A DNA stretch of 31,900 bases from the IMG/VR virus record IMGVR_UViG_3300045931_000225, positions 1 through 31,900 of that record. One strand, 5' to 3'. The position numbers and the translations under genes are program-made. Below the pieces are notes generated by a model. It saw only the letters and a list, made by a program, of their open reading frames with translations. It made no database searches and was not told where the DNA came from. Each line of letters begins with the position of its first letter. Position 1 is the stretch's first letter. This stretch comes from a virus. Its lineage: Duplodnaviria > Caudoviricetes. Positions 26,320 through 31,900 of the stretch are shown here, piece by piece.

Positions 26320-26721
26320 TTACCTCAGCGCCGTGAGTTCATCCCGCAATTTCTGCGCTGCCGCCACATCCGCTTGGAGCTGCGCCAGTGCCGCTTGTTG
26401 CCGCTGTTGCTCATTTTTCACTTCAGCCACAGCGTCAACCAACCCCGCCTTCTGCGTCTCTAAGGTCGCAATCTCACTGACCAGCGCCGCCTTCCGCTGA
26501 TCCAACGTGACTAATTCATCGAGCAGCACCTGGACACTGCCGCCTACGTGTGCCCGCAGGAGCTGCGCCGCCTCATAGGTCCGCGCGATGCGCTCTAACT
26601 CCTGATCGAGCAGTTTCACGGCATCCGCTAACGCTGAGGTGGTCATCGCAGCCTGACGTGGCGCAGGCTTGTCCTCCACAGCAGGCTTGTCCTCTGCCGG
26701 CATATTGCGTCGTTCACCCAT
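26320..26721 (-). CDS. Coiled-coil hypothetical protein
   Basis: Heptad-rich 133 aa; TAATG coupling. Confidence 0.7.
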   Translation of the reverse strand: MGERRNMPAEDKPAVEDKPAPRQAAMTTSALADAVKLLDQELERIARTYEAAQLLRAHVGGSVQVLLDELVTLDQRKAALVSEIATLETQKAGLVDAVAEVKNEQQRQQAALAQLQADVAAAQKLRDELTALR

Positions 26722-27068
26722 TACATCACCCCCTCTAGCGCTGTTGCGGTAATCGTGACCGTCCCCGTCGTCCCGCCACTGAGCCGCGCCCGCACGAGCC
26801 GAAACCCCCCGACCGCCATCCGCCAGAGCTGCGCCGTGGTGCCCGTCACCGTGGCCGTCAGCGCCGCCGTGCCGGTCGCCGCGTTCGTCGCCTGGATGGC
26901 CACGTAATTGGTGCCATCCTGACTCGCCTCAAAATTGACGACCCGATCCGCCCCAGCGGAGCCCACAATCCCCACCCCCACGACCCCATAGCCCGTCACC
27001 TCCAGCGCCGTGCCATTGCCCGAGCTGGCCGCGCTCTGGAGCGTGGCACTTTTGGTATCCGCACTCAT
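26721..27068 (-). CDS. Beta-rich hypothetical protein (possibly structural)
   Basis: G/T/A-rich; VNFEASQDGTNY...VRARLS; ATGA coupling. Confidence 0.7.
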   Translation of the reverse strand: MSADTKSATLQSAASSGNGTALEVTGYGVVGVGIVGSAGADRVVNFEASQDGTNYVAIQATNAATGTAALTATVTGTTAQLWRMAVGGFRLVRARLSGGTTGTVTITATALEGVM

Positions 27069-27793
27069 CGCCGCCCTCCTGCCACCCGCCTGAGAGGGTT
27101 ACTCGTGGCCGTCGCATATGCCTGCCCCTGCGACGAGGGCAGGCTGCGCGGCGCAAACCGCTCGCCAAACCACACGGCGATGGCGCAGGCCAAGAGCAGA
27201 TCATCGTGGGTACCCTCTCGCCACGCGCCGTACAGATCGTTCCCCGCTTTACTGACCTTCCAAGTGAAATTTTGACCTTCTCTAAATAAGGTCTCCGCAT
27301 CCTTCAGCCCTGCCGCCACCCGAAAGCGCCGTTGTTGCAACGCCACCATGAACGTCATAATCAGGTCACGCTTCGGCACGTACCACTCATCCCACCGCTC
27401 ACTCCGGGCATGCTCGGCGTTCGTGATCGTGATGGCGATGATCGTGGGCTTGCCGGGCAGTGTTAGGCGTTCGCCCGTCAGGGAATCATGCGACGTCCAC
27501 CCCTCACGGAACTGATCGACCACCACGCGCCCCACCCCCGTGGCATCAATCACCAGCACCGCGCGTTCGCCCAGCTTTTCTAACCGCTCCCGCACGCCTT
27601 TGACCATCACGGGATACGGCGTCTGTAAGGGCAAGCGTTCCAAGTAGCGCGTATCGAAGCGTGGCGCGAGTGCGCCCCTGTCGAGGAGCATCTGGCGCTC
27701 CATGATACAGAGGGCAGTCGGATCAGCAGTTTGCCCAATATCGAGACCAGCGATGAAGCGCGGAGGACGGTAGAGCGCAGCGGCAGTGTCCAT
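27065..27793 (-). CDS. Terminase large subunit, nuclease (RNase H-like) half
   Basis: IAGLDIGQTADPTAL, VIDATGVG, HDDLLLACAIA; start ATG 27793 coupled by TAATG. Confidence 0.87.
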   Translation of the reverse strand: MDTAAALYRPPRFIAGLDIGQTADPTALCIMERQMLLDRGALAPRFDTRYLERLPLQTPYPVMVKGVRERLEKLGERAVLVIDATGVGRVVVDQFREGWTSHDSLTGERLTLPGKPTIIAITITNAEHARSERWDEWYVPKRDLIMTFMVALQQRRFRVAAGLKDAETLFREGQNFTWKVSKAGNDLYGAWREGTHDDLLLACAIAVWFGERFAPRSLPSSQGQAYATATSNPLRRVAGGRR

Positions 27794-28164
27794 TAGAGTG
27801 CCAATTGCTCCATAAGCGTGCGCAATCCCATGCCCAGGCGTTCCAAGGCATAGGCCCGCTGGTACAACTCTCCCACCAGCCGACAACTCGGCGCCGGCGC
27901 TTCTGAGACTGGCACATGCTCAGGCTGCACCATTGGCTGCAACACCCCGCCCCGCTCCAGACGTATCCGTAATTGATCGAGTAAAGTCTCTGCCTGCGTT
28001 TCTAATTGTTCCAGAGCAATCATCGCTCGTTCAACCGGCGTGGCCTCCTGGCTCATATCCCGAGGCGGACGCGCCGCCGCACCATACGCCTGCTTCGCCG
28101 CAAAATCGCCATACACCATCTGGGAGGCTTCCCGCATCTGTTTGCTTATTGCTAGTGGGTCCAT
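27793..28164 (-). CDS. Helical hypothetical protein between the terminase halves
   Basis: 123 aa, GGGAG RBS, overlaps both neighbours. Confidence 0.7.
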   Translation of the reverse strand: MDPLAISKQMREASQMVYGDFAAKQAYGAAARPPRDMSQEATPVERAMIALEQLETQAETLLDQLRIRLERGGVLQPMVQPEHVPVSEAPAPSCRLVGELYQRAYALERLGMGLRTLMEQLAL

Positions 28165-29177
28165 CCGTTGCTCCCGCTAAAATCCAGTGCCGCGACCTCG
28201 CCCCGCACGACGCGCCCATCTTCCACCATCGCATCACCCGCACCAAAGAGCGGCACGACCTCGCCCGACAGCATCGCCATCAAGTCAGCCGTGGTAAAAA
28301 TTTGTTCGCCGTTATCGACAAATTCACAGAGCCACTCCGACCGCCAATACAGGTCAGGGATGGAGCGCCGCTCATGGGCCAGGAAGCGTTTACTCAGCCG
28401 CGTATTCTCCGGCCCTGTCAGCTTGGTCCGTGTCCACCCATACGCGCGCTCGACCGTCTCAGGTTCTGACGCCTCATCGAGCCGGATACCCAAATCCGCC
28501 AACAGGCTATTGACCGTGGCCACATCGAGCGGTTGTTCTTCCGCCCGCGACCCCTCCCACGCCTCGTAATACCACCCGCGCTTCCCGAACGGCGTCGAGA
28601 GCGCCAGGATACTCCCGCCACTCATCGCCAGCATGGGCCGCAGCGCATGATAGGTGGCATCGGCGACCCGTGCCGCTTCATCCGGGATCAGCCGCTTGAC
28701 ACTCGAATACCCGACGAGCGTTTCCGCAGACGCTGGTAAGCTAATAATGCGGCTACCGTTTTCCAGTTCCATCTCATGTTCCGTATCTTTGAGTAACCGC
28801 ATCGGCTTGACCTGATTGTAAAAATGTTTGGTCTTGCGGTACAACTCAGAACTCTGGCGCAAGGAGGGCGACACCAACAGAATGAGCGCCCCTGGCGTTT
28901 CGAGCGCATCCGCTAACGCTATCGCCGCCACAATGGTGCTTTTGCCCGCCTGCCTGTGGCACAAGAGCAACTGATCGCCTGGCGTCGTGGCCACCCGTAT
29001 CTGCCAAGGGTCCGGCTCCAGCCCCGCGCGCCGCATCAAAGAGACGGCATCATACGCCTGCTCGGTCAGTGCGACACATTGTTGCCGCTCACGCAACCAC
29101 GCGGAGGCTTGCTGCACTAGTGGTATGCGCTTCGATGATTGCTTGAAGCTCTTTCTGGGCGTCGCCACTCCCGGCAT
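28152..29177 (-). CDS. Terminase large subunit, ATPase half (true start uncertain, probably nearer 29096)
   Basis: PDPWQ, Walker A HRQAGKST, Walker B LIPDEAA, coupling motif LSTP, EWLCEF. Confidence 0.9.
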   Translation of the reverse strand: MPGVATPRKSFKQSSKRIPLVQQASAWLRERQQCVALTEQAYDAVSLMRRAGLEPDPWQIRVATTPGDQLLLCHRQAGKSTIVAAIALADALETPGALILLVSPSLRQSSELYRKTKHFYNQVKPMRLLKDTEHEMELENGSRIISLPASAETLVGYSSVKRLIPDEAARVADATYHALRPMLAMSGGSILALSTPFGKRGWYYEAWEGSRAEEQPLDVATVNSLLADLGIRLDEASEPETVERAYGWTRTKLTGPENTRLSKRFLAHERRSIPDLYWRSEWLCEFVDNGEQIFTTADLMAMLSGEVVPLFGAGDAMVEDGRVVRGEVAALDFSGSNGWTH

Positions 29178-29445
29178 ACTTCAACACCAAGGTCATCAAG
29201 TCGGCCATAAACGCTTGGTCATCCCGCGCCTGCTCGGCTGGACGCCCAAACTGGTAGTAAAACAGCATAGCTTCAAGGCCAGGTGCCAACTCGCCCAAGA
29301 CCGCACGCTTGTGGAGATTCTCTTGATACGCCGGATCATACAGGATCGCACCCGTAATAGACTCAATCGCCTCATTCTTCTTGTTACGCGATCCCTTTTG
29401 CCGTCCCGATCCCGCAGGACGTGTCTTCCCTTTTGGCCATGCCAT
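29089..29445 (-). CDS. Probable terminase small subunit
   Basis: PKGKTRPAGSGRQKGSRNK N-terminus, FGRP motif; immediately upstream of TerL. Confidence 0.7.
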   Translation of the reverse strand: MAWPKGKTRPAGSGRQKGSRNKKNEAIESITGAILYDPAYQENLHKRAVLGELAPGLEAMLFYYQFGRPAEQARDDQAFMADLMTLVLKYAGSGDAQKELQAIIEAHTTSAASLRVVA

Positions 29446-29467
29446 ACCCCAACCTATCCCAACCTAT

Positions 29468-29662
29468 TTACGCCTTCCCCACCAGCGCCGCCAGCAACTC
29501 GGTCAGCGGCCCCTGCTTCTGTCCTTGCCACCGCTCCAGTTGGAGCTGCACCTTTTCGTACAACCGCCCATCCTGTTGCAACGCCTCTTGCGCCAGTTCG
29601 AGGGCTTCAAGGGCGGCAGGCGTCAGTTCGAGCGGCAACAGCACCGTCTTGGGTGTGGCCAT
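29468..29662 (-). CDS. Hypothetical protein
   Basis: 64 aa, AGGA RBS. Confidence 0.6.
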   Translation of the reverse strand: MATPKTVLLPLELTPAALEALELAQEALQQDGRLYEKVQLQLERWQGQKQGPLTELLAALVGKA

Positions 29663-29671
29663 GTCATAGTC

Positions 29672-30295
29672 CTATGGAAACGCGACCAAAGCGACACATC
29701 TGGCGTCAGCCCCGCTCGCGTCGTAGTTCGAGACCGCCGCGATGTCCACCGGCGCATTCGCCGCAATGGCCGCCAGCGCATTCGTCTGGCTATGGCACTC
29801 CGTCGCCGTGCCGGTGATGGTACACGTCAGCGCCGTGTACGCGGCTTCGGTCGGTGTCGCCACCGCCGCATTGGCGCGGAGCGTAAAGACGTGGCTATTG
29901 CTGCCCGTCGGGGCGGCACTCACCTTGCAGCGAAAGCCCATCACTTTGACGGGCAACGTACTCAGGGGATTATCCGCCGTCGCCTCCGTGGTGGAGTCCA
30001 GCGCACTACACGCCGCGCCGGCCAGCACGTAATCTGTGGGCGTGCCCCCGAAGCCCGCGAGGCCCGGTCCCAGATAGGAGGTCGTCGCATTGGCCAGATC
30101 GCCGCAAAACGTGACCGGCTCGGCCAGGGCGTAGGCTTCGGTAATCGTCGCGCCACTACTCAAGCGCATCCCGTTTTTAAAATCGTAGATGTCATTATGC
30201 GGCGTGATGGTAGACTGCGCGACCAGCCCAGCCACCACCAGGAAAGGGAGCGCGAACGCGCCGAGCATCAGCCGCTTCCGGGTCAACCAGGGCAT
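29672..30295 (-). CDS. Exported/membrane-anchored beta-rich protein, first gene of the late operon
   Basis: GAGGA RBS; MPWLTRKRLMLGAFALPFLVVAGLVA-QS; six Cys. Confidence 0.7.
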   Translation of the reverse strand: MPWLTRKRLMLGAFALPFLVVAGLVAQSTITPHNDIYDFKNGMRLSSGATITEAYALAEPVTFCGDLANATTSYLGPGLAGFGGTPTDYVLAGAACSALDSTTEATADNPLSTLPVKVMGFRCKVSAAPTGSNSHVFTLRANAAVATPTEAAYTALTCTITGTATECHSQTNALAAIAANAPVDIAAVSNYDASGADARCVALVAFP

Positions 30296-30492
30296 ACACA
30301 GTTCCTCACAGATGTGGGTCACGCCGCCAGGTCTCGCCCCTGGTGAGGAGACGGTGGACCCCAGGGGCAGAGCCAGCGACTAGTGGGATATTGGGAGGCA
30401 GATGGGTGGACAGGAGTATAGCAGATGCGTCCAGGCGCAGCACAGCCATTGGATCAGAAGATATACCTCTGCCCACTAGCTGCTAGAGAGTA

Positions 30493-30522
30493 AGAGTAGA
30501 GAGAGAGAAGAGAGGTTGTCAA
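30493..30522 (-). promoter_or_regulatory. Candidate late-operon promoter
   Basis: TTGACA-18 nt-TACTCT; a second extended -10 TGcTATACT at 30423-30415. Confidence 0.5.
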
Positions 30523-30545
30523 GCGAAAAAAGGCACCAGTGCTCT

Positions 30546-30827
30546 TCAGTCCCAGGTCGTCGGCTGCACGCCTTGCGGCAGACAGCGGTAGTGCATCTCC
30601 CCCTGGACCGCGACCCCTTGCGCACGGGCCACGTCCCGATCCTTGTCCTCGCGCTCGATGCGCCGTTGCCACGCCATCATGCAATGGCCGCGATTCTCGA
30701 AATAGTCGAGGATATGGGGTTGCGCCGTGACACGCATCCCGCGTGTGCCCTTCCGGACAACCCCGGTATAGTCGCCGCTGGCCCACAGCGCCCAGGCGCA
30801 GGCCAGGTAGAAAGCAAGGCGTTTCAT
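30546..30827 (-). CDS. Hypothetical protein with hydrophobic N-terminus
   Basis: GGAGGAG RBS; MKRLAFYLACAWALWA; follows the HTH gene. Confidence 0.7.
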   Translation of the reverse strand: MKRLAFYLACAWALWASGDYTGVVRKGTRGMRVTAQPHILDYFENRGHCMMAWQRRIEREDKDRDVARAQGVAVQGEMHYRCLPQGVQPTTWD

Positions 30828-30828
30828 G

Positions 30829-31029
30829 TTACGACTCCTCCTTCGTCAAATGATCTAAGCTCACGCCGAGCGCGCGGGCAATCCGTTGCACAATACTAAA
30901 CCGTGGATCAGCCGCATCCCGCTCAATTTGACTCATATACTTCTGACTCAGCCCCGCAGCGTCAGCCAGGGCTTTCTGATTCAGGCCCACATCAATCCGC
31001 GTCTTCCGAATTTCTTTGCCTAAGCTCAT
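30829..31029 (-). CDS. XRE-family HTH regulator (Cro/CI-like)
   Basis: LGKEIRKTR...LNQKALADAAGLSQKYMSQIER...PRFSIVQRIARALGV. Confidence 0.92.
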   Translation of the reverse strand: MSLGKEIRKTRIDVGLNQKALADAAGLSQKYMSQIERDAADPRFSIVQRIARALGVSLDHLTKEES

Positions 31030-31056
31030 AGCGACAATTCCCCCTTTCAGAACAGA

Positions 31057-31084
31057 AATATACCTCAAAAGGGAAAAATGTCAA
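31057..31084 (-). promoter_or_regulatory. Promoter for the HTH gene
   Basis: TTGACA-16 nt-TATATT. Confidence 0.65.
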
Positions 31085-31102
31085 ATAGAAGGATTTTTAC
31101 CC

Positions 31103-31131
31103 TTGGCAGGTTATGCACCGTTCGGTATAAT
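31103..31131 (+). promoter_or_regulatory. Divergent promoter for the SWIM gene
   Basis: TTGGCA-17 nt-TATAAT. Confidence 0.7.
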
Positions 31132-31242
31132 GTAGGCAAGTGGTTGGCGAGACCAACCATACAACAAAGGCGGTGTGCCAACGCCCTAGGAAGCTCGACG
31201 CACCGCCCCGTGTTCACCATCCCTGGAAGGAAGGATGAAACG

Positions 31243-31869
31243 ATGGCTACCCTAGCACAGCCCCAGACCGTTGTCCAGTTCGACGTCGCGTTACGCGCCG
31301 CCGCGAACCGCGCCCGTGCCACGTATGCCCCGGCGCACCATCCCCGCATCCAGCGCGGCTTAGAGATCGCGCTGGCGGGTGGCGTCGACCTCCTGCCCGA
31401 TGGCACGGCGCATGTGCAGAGCCAGACGGCCCCCGAGGCGCGGTATCTGGTGAATGGGCGCTGCCCCTGCCCCGACCAGGCCGCGCCGCAGGAAGTGTGC
31501 AAGCACCGTTGGGCCAAATTGCTCACCAAAGCCGCGCTCAACGTGCAGAAGCGGCACCCTGGCAAAGATGCGTATTGGGCGACCTACACCACGCCCTACG
31601 GTGAGGCCGTGCCAGGCACCGCCGAGTTTGACCCCACGCGGCAAGCCTGGGTGTTCACGCCGGAAGATGGGCAGGAGCCACTGTACGCCGCGATCCAAGC
31701 CTTAGCGCTGGGCGGACATATCGCCACGGCACAGGCGCAACGCGAGGCCGATGGCGACCTGGCCGCGAAGGTCGGCCAGCCGCAGTACCGCGAGGTGCCA
31801 GACGCCGTCGCGGCTGCCAAGGCGGCAGTGGCAGCCCGGCAGGCCAAGCGTAGCGCGTGGGGTTTTTAA
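31243..31869 (+). CDS. SWIM-type zinc finger protein
   Basis: CPCPD-x7-CKH motif; AAGGA RBS before ATG 31243. Confidence 0.75.
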   Translation: MATLAQPQTVVQFDVALRAAANRARATYAPAHHPRIQRGLEIALAGGVDLLPDGTAHVQSQTAPEARYLVNGRCPCPDQAAPQEVCKHRWAKLLTKAALNVQKRHPGKDAYWATYTTPYGEAVPGTAEFDPTRQAWVFTPEDGQEPLYAAIQALALGGHIATAQAQREADGDLAAKVGQPQYREVPDAVAAAKAAVAARQAKRSAWGF

Positions 31870-31882
31870 CGATCACCACCAC

Positions 31883-31900
31883 GGGGAGCCCGCGCTCCCC
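31883..31900 (+). terminator. GC hairpin after the SWIM gene (possible terminator, cut by window edge)
   Basis: GGGGAGC-CCGC-GCTCCCC. Confidence 0.4.

Noticed and set aside
27794-27886. Longer N-terminus for the nuclease gene (start 27886)
   Set aside because: Overlaps the upstream ORF; TAATG coupling favours 27793
27793-28164. Intron or intein explaining the terminase split
   Set aside because: No group I P7 (GACTA/TAGTC) or group II end motifs seen; the region is a coupled ORF with its own RBS and stops intervene
4488-28569. Many long plus-strand ORFs (e.g. 10315-11748, 6436-7476, 20524-21534, 22465-23532)
   Set aside because: Antisense shadows of GC-rich minus-strand genes; Arg/His/Pro-rich with no motifs or RBS
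1-31900. CRISPR array, tRNA, rRNA, integrase, endolysin
   Set aside because: None recognised by eye; the short repeats at 20458-20516 lack spacers

Overview
A nearly complete virion morphogenesis (late) operon of a short-tailed, podovirus-type dsDNA phage or prophage with T7/BPP-1-like structural proteins, read on the minus strand from about 30500 down to position 1. Gene order: small terminase, large terminase split into ATPase and nuclease genes, portal, scaffold, major capsid, decoration protein, tail adaptor, GNAT-like virion protein, nozzle, three ejection proteins (the largest with lytic transglycosylase and ADP-ribosyltransferase-like domains), tail fibre adaptor, then beta-helix tailspike-like genes. 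The right end holds a divergent XRE-HTH / SWIM-finger gene pair with clear sigma70-type promoters. Main highlights: (1) the capsid gene is interrupted by an ORF-less 236-nt group I intron that the ORF track misses; (2) two antisense HNH endonuclease cassettes share one design (CTAG at both ends, shared stop palindrome, own -10 box, 3-way-junction leader, C-terminal clamp-binding-like motif); (3) four consecutive tail-region genes, including both tailspike-like proteins, start with Sec-type signal peptides. All family assignments come from motif recognition and synteny, not database searches.
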